NCBI GenBank assembly: GCA_026914245.1
Contig: CP110439.1
Span: 4,650,001-4,714,000 of the forward strand
From: Puccinia triticina
Lineage: Eukaryota
Reading direction: 5' to 3'
DNA length: 64,000 nt
In this document: positions 23,687-35,738 of the stretch, piece by piece
Layout: every line of letters starts with the position of its first letter
Numbering within the stretch: position 1 is the stretch's first letter
Position numbers and translations under genes: made by a program
Notes under the pieces: generated by a model
Databases searched by the model: none
Seen by the model: the letters and a program-made list of their open reading frames with translations, nothing else
What the model was told of the DNA's origin: nothing

Positions 23687-24749
23687 AGATATAGTGGCAG
23701 AAACGCCCAGAAACTGCCAAAGTAGTGATATTTGGAAACTGATCAGACTGTAGCTGCTACATTTGGGGGTTTTGTGGTGAAGAAAGGTACGTAATGAAAT
23801 TTACGACGCTTGTAAACATTTTGGTAACCATATGGCAGAAGAATTCCCACGCTGGGATGAGATATAGTGGCCGAAACACCCAGAAACTGCCAAAGTAGTG
23901 ATATTTGGAAACTGATCAGACTGTAGCTGCTACATTTGGGGGTTTTGTGGTGAACAAAGGTACGTGATGAAATTCTGGACGCTTGTAAAAATTTTGGTCA
24001 CCATATGGCAGAAGAATACCCACGCTGGGATGAGATATAGTGGCAGAAACACCCAGAAACTGCCAAAGTAGTGATATTTGGAAACTGATCAAACTGTAGC
24101 TGCTACATTTGGGGGTTTTGTGGTCAGAAAAGGTACACAATGAAACTTTGGGGGCTTGTGTACATTTTTGTAACCATACGGCAGAAGAATACCCACGCTG
24201 CGATGAGATATAGTGGCAGAAACACCCAGAAACTGCCAAAGTAGTGATATTTGGAAACTGATCAGACTGTAGCTGCTACATTTGGGGGTTTTGTGGTGAA
24301 CAAAGGTACATGATGAAATTTTGGACCCTTTTCAACATTTTGGTAACCATATTGCAGAAGGATACCCACACTGGGATGAGATATAGTGGCAGAAACACCC
24401 AGAAACTGCCAAAGTAGTGATATTTGGAAACTGATCAGACTGTAGCTGCTACATTTGGGGTTTTTGTGGTGAACAAAGGTACATAATGAAAATTTGGACG
24501 CTTGTAAACATTTTGGTATTCATATGGCAGAAGAATTCCCACGCTGGGATGAGATATAGTGGCCAAAACACCCAGAAACTGCCAAAGTAGTGCTATTTGG
24601 CAACTGATCAGACTGTAGCTGCTGCATAAGGGATGTGACCCCAAATATACTATTTCTGGGTTACACATGCAGAAAAATTTCCCAATGAAATCTTCTCAGG
24701 AAATATTCCTCATCAATCTGTGGTTGATAACAAAAGTAGATAAAAAAAA

Positions 24750-25495
24750 CGGACTTACTTCGCGCACTGCAAAAAACTCTTCGCGCACTGCACAGTGCGC
24801 GCAGTCCCAAACACTTCGCGCACTGCGGGTGAAATGCACAACTTTTTCAAGATTTTTTTTGACCAATCAATAGAACGCCTTTTAATTGGTCTCTCTGAAT
24901 TTTTTGGGAGTTTTTTGAAGCATTCTTCCACATTAAAAAAAATCATAAAAAACCAGAACAAATGTAGGATGTGGGGGCCTTAAAAACAAGGTTCCCATTG
25001 CCCAACAATTCCAAATGTTTTATTGAGTAATTAAAGATATGAGAACAGCTCTTTTGGAAATTTTTAGCTAATTTGTGGAAGGATAAGGGTACGAAAAATG
25101 AGGATATTTTAGAGGCAATGTGCTATCATGTGGTGAAATTTCCTCATTTTGCATACCCTTATTTTTGCACAAAGTGGCTCAAAAGTATCAAAGTAGCTGT
25201 TCTTCTATATTTCATTACTCCATAAATGATTTGGAATTTTTGGGCTATAGGAACCTTGTTTTTTAGGCCCCCACATCCTACCTTTGTTCTGGTTTTTTAT
25301 GATTTTTTTTAACTTGGAAGAATGCTTCAAAAAACTCCCAAAAAATTCAGAGAGACCAATTAAAAGGCTTTCTATTGATTGGTCAAAAAAAATCTTGAAA
25401 AAGTTGTGTATTTCACCCACAGTGCGCGAAGTGTTTGGGACTGCGCGCACTGTGCAGTGCGCAAAGAGTTTTTTGCAGTGCGCGAAGTAAGTCCG
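24750..25495. mobile_element. 746-bp foldback MITE with very long TIRs (Mutator-like) in a poly-A tract of the right CACTA arm
   Basis: CGGACTTACTTCGCGCACTGC...GCAGTGCGCGAAGTAAGTCCG; arms over 250 bp; flanked by A8/A9; absent from the left arm. Confidence 0.9.
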
Positions 25496-27609
25496 AAAAA
25501 AAAAGAACCTGACAAAAATATGCTAAACCATGGTAAACTAATTTCAAAAAGGCCTTCTATGCATGTAGTGCTCCCAGTATGATATGCAATATCTTCAGGA
25601 AGTTCAACCACCCAAGTTAAGAATGAGTGCAGGATGGTATCATGAGAGAGGTCAGGAGTCAATGTTTTTCCTTTTTTGAAAAAAAGTAGATTTGGAGACT
25701 TCTGATAACATCAATTGTTGATGTAAAAAAAAGAAAACAAAATTGATACCCCTCAGCTACCCTGGATTAATCCTAAAACTTGCATTTTCAGGAAGAATTG
25801 AATGGTGTATGTAGAAATTCATGAATTTTATCAGGCAAAAAAAAAAAAGATTCCTGTGGCTTGAAGCTAACACAGGGGGAAGGAGAGAGATTATAGAAGA
25901 GTATTAAGGAGACATGGAACACAGACAAAGGTATCAACAGGAATAATAATAAAAAAAAATTGATCAATATAAATTGATCAATATACGCTATATTGATCAA
26001 TATACAACATCGCAAATTCATCCATCTTGGTAGTGCATGAGTCCGTACATAGAGAAAAAAAAATACAAGCCTCAGCGCTTGCATGTTGGGCTGATCTGAA
26101 GCTAAACAAAAAAATACAAGTTCTTGCAGAATGACGGAGATACACAAGCAGAAGTGAAAAGAGGGGTGAAAATCCCTCCTCCGTGCGCCAGGATGGGGAG
26201 GTACGGTATAAGTCCCTCCTGCCGAGGGCTGTCAGAGGCTCGCTTTGCGAGTCACATGCCCGCAGCAGCGAGGTACTTTGTTAAGTTTGCGTTCTCTTCC
26301 AGTTCTATGTTGGCCTTGTTGAAGACTTTATCAAGTACAGTAACCACAGCCCATTGCCCAATGACTTCAATCATCAAGAGAGAGTGTCTGTTTTCCGGGC
26401 CTGGGCACATCACTTCCTCACCAATGATGACCATATCCACTACCAGCAATGATAAAGAGTTAGTTTCTTCTTTTGTTCTTTTTATTTTTGTACTGATTTG
26501 CACCAGGAAAAAAAAGTAGTCACCTGATGGCAAGTGACATGTAGAGATGGCCCCTGTGAACCCGGGTACCTGTTTGGGTGCGGGTACCCGCCAGCCTTTT
26601 TGCCAAAAATTGGACACCCGCACCCGCAGAGTGGGTCAGAGCCGGTGCCTGCAGGTACCCGCACGGGTATCCGCAGGTACACGCCCCTCAAAATTGACCG
26701 GAAGGCATTCCTTCCTGCCGGGAAGGTCGTGTTAGCCTCTGCAAAGGAAGGCATTCCTTCCGATTGAAGAGGTTGTGTAGCCTCTTTGATCGGAAGGACC
26801 CCCTTCCAGCCAAAGAGGTTGTGTAACCTCTTCAACCGGAAGGCATTCCTTCCAATCAAAGAGGTTGTGTAGCCTCCTCAATTGGAAGGAACCCCTTCCG
26901 GCCGAGGAGTTGAAGAGGTTGTGTAGCCTCTTTGATCGGAAGGAACCCCTTCCGGCCGAGGAGGTTGGGTAACCTCTTCGACTAGAAGGACTCCTTCCGG
27001 CCGAGGAGGGTGTGTAACCTCTTTGACCGGAAGGCATTCCTTCCGATCAAAGAGGTTACTCCTTGGCCCACAGGGGTTCCTTCTGATTGAAGAGGCTACA
27101 CAACCTCTTTGATTGGTGTGGTAACCCTGTTCCTGTTCATACTATCACCCTCATATCACCTAAACCCTTCATAAATACCTCATTATTACTTCATATTCAG
27201 ATTCTACACCCCATTTTACCCCTAGTCACCCACTCATTTCACCTAGGATTTCCAAATGGATCAGCAGTTATTGGCATGTATAGTTTTGGCAGGTATTTTC
27301 TTTATACATATCCTTAGCATTATTAAATACATCATTCATTAGTATCATAGCTACATAGGACTGCAGATCTTACATAACGTCATTACTCATTTTTCTCTTC
27401 ATATGAATCAGCAGTACATTCCTTCATAGCTCTTGTAGTTATTACCAAATGCTCATCATTATTTCATCTTCTACATAGTTACCTTTCATGTACACTCCTT
27501 GGTCATTGCACCTTCATCATTACTGCTCATCTTCAGATATTGTTACTATGTGCTCATCATGTATCACCCCCCTGTAGTACTTCTCACATATATAAACACC
27601 CCTCTAGAT

Positions 27610-27995
27610 CAACGGTGGGCCGCTACGCTACGCCAAAAAATGAGCTAACAGCGGATTACGCGGCCCTTTCCGCAGCATTGAACCACTTAAACTGGTGAGA
27701 GTATTCTAGGAGCCTCCCTGATCAAAATGGTCCAGCAGGACCATTGCATCAGGGAGTCAGGACATCCTGGTTACCAGATGCAGAGCCAAAATTCCATTTT
27801 GAGGACAGTTCAGCTAACATGGTCTGTTTTGCAGCATTCAACTGCTTACCTTGCGTGGATTGAAATATAAGCCTCCCTGAGGGATCAGTCAATTAGGGCT
27901 GCAAAATTCAGGGAGTTTGGAAAATCCTGTTGCCAGCTGCGCCGCTGTAATTGGCAGTTAGCTGATTTCTAGCGCAGCGTAGCGGCCCACCGTTG
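27610..27995. mobile_element. 386-bp hAT-type MITE in the 5' LTR, 7-bp TSD TCTAGAT
   Basis: TIR CAACGGTGGGCCGCTACGCT / AGCGTAGCGGCCCACCGTTG. Confidence 0.92.
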
Positions 27996-28463
27996 TCTAG
28001 ATGTTGTATTCCCCATCATGCACTTTCTACTACATCCCCTCTGTAGCACCTTTTAACATCACCCTTATATGCACTTTCTACTACATCCCCTCTGTAGCAC
28101 CTTTTCATCACACTTAGATACAATTTCATCATGATAGAAATATATCCCCCAGCATATATCTCATTACCCATCTCAGAGTGACTCTCCTAGAGCTTCTGCT
28201 TTTCCACTTCTCACTTCTCCTCTCTCCCTCAGTAGGATTGATACACCTCAAACTCATAAAGTGTTAAAGTCATCTAAGTCAAAGAGAATCATCAGCCACA
28301 CCCTTTTCTTTTTCTTAGTGTAACCCTCTCTCCATCAGCATTAGTCAAGAGGGCAGCCTCACCAGCACCTGTAGCCTCTTCTACATTATTAGTAGTGTAG
28401 TTGACTATTTCCCCTCACAGCTCATTCCTGATCTTTTAGGAGTTCCACAAGTGGTCCCAACAG

Positions 28464-31400
28464 CAACGCTGGACCTGTACGTTACAGTTACCGGGTAACG
28501 TACAGGTACCGTAGATTTTTTTGGTACTTTACGGTACTTTTTTTTGTAATTCTCGTACCGGTTGTTTTGTTACAGTACGCTTTTTTCTTACATGTTTTTT
28601 TGAGGGTGCGTTACGGTATGCCCGAATGGGGAATATCAAAATTAAAAAAGCGGTAACAGCAGATTTGGCTTGTTACCGGTGATACTGGAACTAGTAAAGT
28701 TTTTGCCATTGGCAGATGGGAGGAAGGAGAAAAGGCATTCATTTTTTGCTTTTGGGAAGCAGAACATTCAAAGCCTTCCCAGCCTTGCTGAACTCCCCTG
28801 TCAGGGGGACATCTTCGCGAAGCCACATCAGGCTGCTCACAGATTGCGACATTGTTGATGGCAACAAAGCACCGCGATTGGAGCTGCATACATCAGAGGC
28901 CGCAGAGAAAAGCCTCTCAACTGCGCAAGAGCTAGCCGGGGTCCCAAGATACGCACAAGCCATTACCGCAAGGGTTGGGTACGTTTGGTGGTTATCCTAT
29001 TGACGAGTCACAAACCACATGTGTGTCAGCCAAGATCATGTTGGAAAAGAATATAGGACTAAACTTACCTTCCACCAAGTCAACAGATACTTTTTGTCTC
29101 CTATCGCACCTTCTTTGAATGATAGTTCGGCAGACGAGTAAGATTCAATCTCATTTTCCTGTGCTGTTGGTTGGACGGCCATACGTGAGGCAAGACGTGA
29201 CATCAAGGAGTTTCCAGCCGGCTGTTTCTTCAATGGTTTTTCAATGATAGATATCTCGGGATCAATAGGTGCCTTTTCTTTGGCAAGTTGTTCCTGCTGA
29301 GCTTTGGTTTTCTTGAATTCCCGGTGTATTAGACTAAGGCTATCTGTAACTTCTTGGCTATCGGAGCCAAAGGCAAGCTTGAAGAGGTGAATCCTGAAGC
29401 AAGGATGCATCATTGTAGCAATGATAAGCGTCTCGCATTGCATGGCTTCGTCTAGATACTTTTCCACTCGCTTGTACATAGCTTGGTACATCGGGTACAG
29501 AGCGTCGCTCTCCGCGGCAAGTTCAATCTTTTCTGTGAGACTCTCCTTGAGCTCCAGATATTTTGGGATAACATGAGCACCGGTCGCCGAATCTCCCTCC
29601 ATCTCGGATGTTAACTTGACAAAAACCTGTAAATGAAGCAATAGTGGTGTATCAGTACCCTTCAGAAGCAAAGACCGCAGTGAAAGTGGCAAACCTCAAG
29701 CTCTGAATTCAGATTGTCAATCTGCTTCCAGTCGCGAGGCAAGAAATAGATATCTGAAAATATTCCACCATCTTTTTGCGCCTGATCCTGCTTGAGTATG
29801 TGGTCTATGACATCGCGGGCATCAATTGCTTTCTGGTAACTTTGGTATTTGATATTCCATCGAATACCATAACCAGCTATCAAAGGAGTAACTTTTATCT
29901 TGAGATCTTTGGCGGTTGGCAGAAAATTTGCCGGCTGTGCAGCTGAGCGGGTGATCTGCTTGATCACAATATCAAGCTACGACAAAATTAGAGGAGTCAG
30001 ATGTGAGCCCAATCCTCAACACCGAAAAATGATAACTTACCTTCTTGGTTAGTTCAAGCAGTTTTGTAGACTTTGCGTGGGTTTGTCTTCTCCGCCTTGC
30101 ACAACAATTCCTCATCAGCATTACCATAGTTGCTTTCAGAGCCCGCATCGTAGTCTTCAATCGCCGGTGCGGCTGCTGTCTTCTCAAGTGCTGCTGTTTC
30201 TTCAGAGGGAGATTCAGGTTCCAATTCCTCAACAACTCTTCCCAAGACTGGGAAAAATCCAAGAACGGATTCCTTTGTCTTTGATGGCGGGAGGGTCTTC
30301 AAGGACAGCGCCTGGAGTCCGGCATTTACAATCAGGGCAAGCTTGTGGCAGAAACAACGGAAATGCATTGTTTCTGGATCCCAATTGGGCTGGGAAAGAT
30401 CCTCGCCATATTTGGTCATAACTTGGGTTCTGGGGTCATTGTAAAAGAGCTTGTACATGGCACTTGCCATGGTGTTATTGTTGGATCCGGAGTCGGTGGT
30501 CTGAGCCAGCATGTAAGGCAGACCGGAAGGATTAGCACAGGCTTGGGAACAACTAAAAAAAGTGACCCGGAGACTTATCTTACCATACAGCTTGCCTTTT
30601 CTAAGAACGCAAGCGATTGGACGAGCTAGAAGGTGTCCCAAGTGCCTCCAGGGAATCATCTTCAATGTTAAATGACGGACTACATATTTCCAATCAGAAT
30701 CCACATAAGCCACGGCCGCGCCAATGAACGCAAATTGGTTCCCCTTGGTTGTCCAGACGTCGTGGATAAGGGAGAACTTGGTGTCCAGATTCTTTGAGTG
30801 TGGAAATGAAATTAACTTTCACACAAAAAAGCATGTACAAATAAAATTACAAACATTCAAATCCTCAAAAACCTGAGACTTGAGCATTGAGTGCAGATAT
30901 CTTGCCTCATTTGCCGACCATTTCCTCTCATAAAGGACTCCTTTGCTGTTTGCGTACTGAAAAGCAGCGCGAAGGATTGGATCCTCAATGCGCGACCAGT
31001 GCAGGGCTTGGCAAATCTGCCAGATCATGATGATCTGATTCAAGACTCAATTGACAAACTGGGGTTGGGCTTTCAGGAATTGAGCTATTCCAGTCTGCTT
31101 CACGTTGCCACTGCCATCCAGTTTCCTCCGTTCAGCAACAGAAAGAGGAAGTTTTGCACCTGCCTTGATGGCATTAGCGCGGTTGACACAGTCACGGTCG
31201 TTTCTTCCCGTCTGTGTAAAGCCGTCTCGATGGCTGACAAGGTTTCCATTGCTATCAGGGCAGCGACAATAGATCATGCTGCACCACTTGCATTTGAAGT
31301 TCAGAAGAACTCCTTCCGGGTCGCCTTGCTTATAGGTTGGCGGGTGGTAGAATTCCTCGATCTTGTTGAACTCAGCATTCTTCTTTTTCTTCATCCCCCG

Positions 31401-32248
31401 GGGCTTGATGACTATTGATCCTTCGTCGGAATCCTGATCATAATTCAAGGCAGGGTCTTTACCCGTTGCCTTGGAGGATAGAAAAAAAAACCAAGCCCAA
31501 ATAGTCAGCTGAATAAACCAATCAAAACTCTACAGATCAAGGGTAGGCACTTGATTGACATACCAGCGACGCGCCAACACTGGAATTCCCTTTCTTTTTT
31601 TTTTTGACGGCGTTGTTTCTTCTTTCTGGGCTTAGATTTCCCTTGAGGCGCTGTTGATCCTTCCGCAGACTCTGAAGCATCCTCATCGGGGCGGCCATGA
31701 TCTGAGCCTGAGGACTCTGCGACTGCGGCCCGTTTCTGAGCAGCTGGGCGGCGGGTTAATTTAACGCGTGAGTCGTTTGATGTGGGCACCATTTTTGGTG
31801 TGTTAAAAATCAAAGATGCTCGTGAAGAGCGTCGTCGTGGAGGCTGACCAAGAGACTGGTCAGTTTCATACCCGGGGTTATTATCGGCGCCGGAGGGGTT
31901 GTTTGGATTTGCCTGTGGCCCTTGCGAGACCATTTTTGGTTGTGGTGGATTGAAGAGGCTCTGATGGGGTTGCAAGTGTGTGGGAAGGGGGATAGGAATG
32001 ATCTGATACTCCTAGAAAAAATTTCTCATCCGATTGGGGTTTTTCACCCCTGGTACCGCGGTAACCAGGGGTGAAACGCGTTACAATAACAGTAATCAGG
32101 GCAATAAAAAAAAAGCAACCATTACGGTACGGCCCCGACCCAGAATAGCGCGGTACTAGTACCGCTACCGTAAAGCAGACGGGCAGGAACTCCTGTACAG
32201 TACGCAAAATGGCCGGTTACCGTACAGTACCGCACCGGCCCAGCGTTG
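28464..32248 (-). mobile_element. hAT-superfamily DNA transposon (3.8 kb), 7-bp TSD CCAACAG, inserted in the PBS region of the LTR element
   Basis: TIR CAACGCTGG / CCAGCGTTG; GTAC/GTAAC subterminal motifs; encodes a transposase. Confidence 0.93.
28739..31933 (-). pseudogene. hAT transposase, multi-exon, with a premature stop and a frameshift
   Basis: BED-like CKWC...H, IHDVWTT, TTDSGSNN, RCFCHKL, GIRWN and PASSCAVERLFS (dimerisation domain); GT-AG introns such as 29977-30040. The start codon is uncertain. Confidence 0.9.
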
Positions 32249-32474
32249 CCAACAGTGGCCTGATTACCTTTAGATTTTAGTCCTAGTTACCTTTTTCACT
32301 ACCAGTTTATAGTTCTATCACCTACACAAACCCTTTCCACTCCATTCCTCTTCTAGTGCATCAGATCCCAAAACTATAAAACCCATAAAACAAGTTTCTT
32401 CAGCTTTCTTTATCCCTCTTCTTTCCCTACCTCCTCCTCAAACTCTTCTCTGCTCCAGCCAGTTACCTTTCAAT

Positions 32475-35400
32475 ATGTCTATCCACTCTCAAGATGCTGT
32501 GCATCCTATCAACAACAACCTAGGAGAGACTGCCAGTAACAACCCAGGGACTTTCTTCAACAATCCCTTCCCAACTGCTCCAGAAGATAACGACACTCAC
32601 CCTGCTGGACCAACCAATCCCCTTCCTGAAAATCCAGTTCCAATCAATCCTTTACCCCAACCTACCAACACCTTCAATCAGTACAGAGGCAGCAATGGCC
32701 CCAACAATCCTCAGTTTCAATCTACCAATGCCTTCAATCAGTACAGGGACAACATACCAGGACCATCTGAAAGCTCTCACCTAGGACTCAGACAAAGGAT
32801 CACACCTCCAGCCCCATCTGTATCTTCCAAGAATTCTGTGGTCTACTTTTTGGAGAAGGAAGCTAGGATGCCAGCCTACAAAGGACCAATCAAAGGAGTC
32901 AAAATCAAGCCCTTGGACAAGGAACTCTGCTTTGATGGGACCAACCTCACCATTGAAAACTTTATTAACAGGTATGAAAATGTAGGATCAACTGATGGAG
33001 CTTCTTCTATAGATTTGGTCAGACAGGTTGTTTCTTTTCTCAAAGGGGAGGCCATCAAGGAAGAAGTGGAACAAATGGAGGCTTACAGGAACCAGAACTG
33101 GGAGGACCTCAAGAAGCAACTACTGGACAGATATGGATGCCCACTCCCTTTGGTCAGATACACTAGGAGGGACCTCACTCAATTGGTCAACAACTCAATC
33201 CAGGCTGGAGGGATCAAAACTTCAGAAGAATTCAGGTCGTTCAACAATAAATATTCAGCACCAGGAAAAAAAAATATTCACTTGATGGCAAGTGACATGA
33301 TGCAGCTTTGGTTTCTGCTCCAGAGCTACTCCAGCGCTGCTCCAAGTCTGCTCCACCAGCACTTGTAGAGCTTGCAGGACTGCACCAGAGCACTCAATGT
33401 GGCACAGTAAGCTGATCCTAATTTTTTCCCAGGAACAGCTGATGCTCATCATAAGCTGAGCAGTAGGCATTGACTGAGCCTGGGCCAAAGCTGAGCATTG
33501 GCTGAGCCTGGGCTACAGCTGAGCATTGGATATTCCAAGCCTGAAACAAATCCAAGTGTCAGCTGGACCAAGAATATTCCAAATCTGAGCATCAGCTTAG
33601 CCAACAATGGTCCAAAGCTGAGCATCATCTTGGAAAAGGCTTGTGCAGAGCTTAGGATCAGCTGGGACAATACTGTTCCAAAGATTAACCAAAAATTTTC
33701 AAAAGCTGAGCATTGGCTGAGCCAATGCTGGTACAAAGCTGAGCATTAGCTGAGCCAAGGCTGTTCCAAAGCTGAGTATCAGATTTTTTGAGACTATTCA
33801 AAAGATTAACATCAGCTGAGCCAAGGCTGTTCCACAGCTGAGCATCAGCTGAGCCAAGGCTGGTCCACAGCTGAGCATTAGCTGAGCCAAGGCTGGTCCA
33901 CAGCTGAGCATCAGCTGAGCCAAGGCTGGTCCACAGCTGAGCATCAGCTGAGCCAAGGCTGGTCCACAGCTGAGCATCAGCTGAGCCAAGGCTGGTCCAC
34001 AGCTGAGCCTCAGCTGAGCCAAGGCTGGTCCACAGATGAGCATAAGCTGTTACAGGAGTGGTCAGACTCAGAATCTGAGCATTGGCTGGGCCAAGATTTA
34101 TCCAAAGCTGGAAATCAGCTGAGCTAATACTGGTCCAAAGCTGAGCATTGGCTGGGCCAATGATAGTCCTAATCTGAGTCTAAGCTGAGCCATGACTGGA
34201 ATAAAGCTGAAAATAAGCTGGGCCAGGACTGGTTCTGATCTGGGCAACAAAGCTGAGCATGAGCTGGGCACCAAAGCTGAGCATAAGCTGGGAGCTAAAG
34301 CTGAGTATCAGCTGACCAGAAATGGGGATCAGTGGTGCCCAGCAAAAACTGAGGATCTCCCGTGGAAATTCTTAAACTGGTTAGATGGTGGGTAGATGGT
34401 GGGTAGATGATGGGTAGATGGTGGGTAGATGGTGGGTAGCCCGCTGGAGCTGGCATGATGTCACTTGTCATCAAGTGACTATTTTTTTTTCCTGGTGCAG
34501 TCATTACTAATTACCTCTTAAGAATGAAACAGTGCTCCCACCTGGAGGAATTCAGAGAATTTCTATTGGATGCCCTTAGCCCAGAACTGGAATCAGCTGT
34601 CACCAAGGAACTCATCAAGTTCAATGAAATGCTGGCCTCAGAGGATGGAGGAATGATTCTACCCCCAACTTCAACCATCTGCTCCTTCATAATCAGAGAA
34701 GTCCATTCAGCATCAGTCATGGAAAGGAGAAAACTCTTCAAAATGGCTCTTCCCCAGGATCAAAAGGACTCAACTCTTCCAGTAACCAAGGCCCCTACCT
34801 CTCAACCCATGGCTCCTCCTTCTAGGTCTCAACTTCAGATTACCACTTCCCAGGCCCCTAAAACTACAGAACAGAAACTAGAGGAAATCACCAAACAATT
34901 AGCAGCCCTTACTGCAGGAAAATCAGCCTCACCTCACCTTATTGGAGCAGCCCCTGGCCAAAAGTACACCCCTTCTCCTAGGAAAAGACCAGCTTTCAAA
35001 TGCTTCTACTGCTTTCAGAACAACCATGGCACCAGATCTTGATCTCTTCTAAACTATGATGTGGATTCTGGATTAGTCATCAGAGATGGGAACAGGTACA
35101 AATTTCCAGACAACACACCTATTCCTTGGCATACCAGTAGACCTATCAAACCTATAGAGGATCAATTCTCCAAGGACTCTGCTAGGCCCACCATCATCTC
35201 CTCCTTTGGCCAACTTGAAGAACTCGCCCAGGATATCAACTCAGACCAAGACATTAAGGATGGACAGTACTACAGGTTTCCAGATCAGACCTTAATTCCA
35301 TGGGACACCAGCAGACCTATTCTTTCAGTAGTGCAAAATTTTGCCAAGGAATCAGCAGTTCAAATATTCTCTTCATTTGGAAAATTGGAAGAAGCTAGCT

Positions 35401-35738
35401 CACCTGAACAATTTACCACTTATGAGGCAGACCTTGGAGAAAGAAACAAAGGATATATGGATCAGAATAAATCAGCCCAACCAGACAAAAGGATCAACAA
35501 TGGAATCACTACCTCCATGGATATGGATACCCAGGATTTACTCAACATCACCAAGCCTCCAGTTTCTTCAGTTTCTCCAGTTGATCCAGCCTCTTCAGTT
35601 TCTCCAATTTCTCCAGTTTCTCCAGTTTATCAACAGACCCCATCTTCCAATCACATATTCCAGGAATCAGGCAAACAGAACTCTATCCCTTCAACTAAAA
35701 ACAAACCAGTGAATTACCCCTATTTGGAGAACACTTGA
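32475..35738 (+). pseudogene. gag: Gypsy Gag-like gene interrupted by a CACCAGG element and stops
   Basis: VKIKPLDKELCFDG resembles IKIKPQDKSLKFAG of Gag 3867-6038; knuckle CFYCFQNNHGTRS. Confidence 0.8.
33259..34497. mobile_element. 1.24-kb CACCAGG-terminated non-autonomous element with 33-bp tandem repeats, TSD CAG
   Basis: TIRs of about 40 bp; GCTGAGCATCAGCTGAGCCAAGGCTGGTCCACA tandem units; inverted copy at 46858-48372. Confidence 0.92.

Larger units (their letters stand above)
14527..24625 (+). repeat. 173-bp tandem satellite, main block (roughly 47 monomers after removing three insertions)
   Basis: CAGAAACTGCCAAAGTAGTGATATTTGGAAACTGATCAGACTGTAGCTGCTACATTTGGGGG... recurs every 172-173 bp; ORF-track offsets of 173 and 346 confirm the period. 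Confidence 0.98.
13244..26035. mobile_element. 12.8-kb non-autonomous CACTA foldback element with ~650-bp inverted arms enclosing a satellite array
   Basis: CACTACCAAGATGG...CCATCTTGGTAGTG termini; 3-bp TSD CAT (13241-13243 and 26036-26038). 13244-13890 is the inverted copy of 24626-24749 plus 25496-26035. Confidence 0.95.

Noticed and set aside
14280..24668. Dozens of similar 60-160 aa ORFs (MAVSG.FCHYISSQ...) that look like a gene family
   Set aside because: They are translations of the 173-bp satellite; the period is not a multiple of 3, so frames rotate and end at the same stop.
33449..34043. ORFs with ALAQLMLSCGP repeats (also 47585-48182)
   Set aside because: Translations of the 33-bp tandem repeat of a non-autonomous element.
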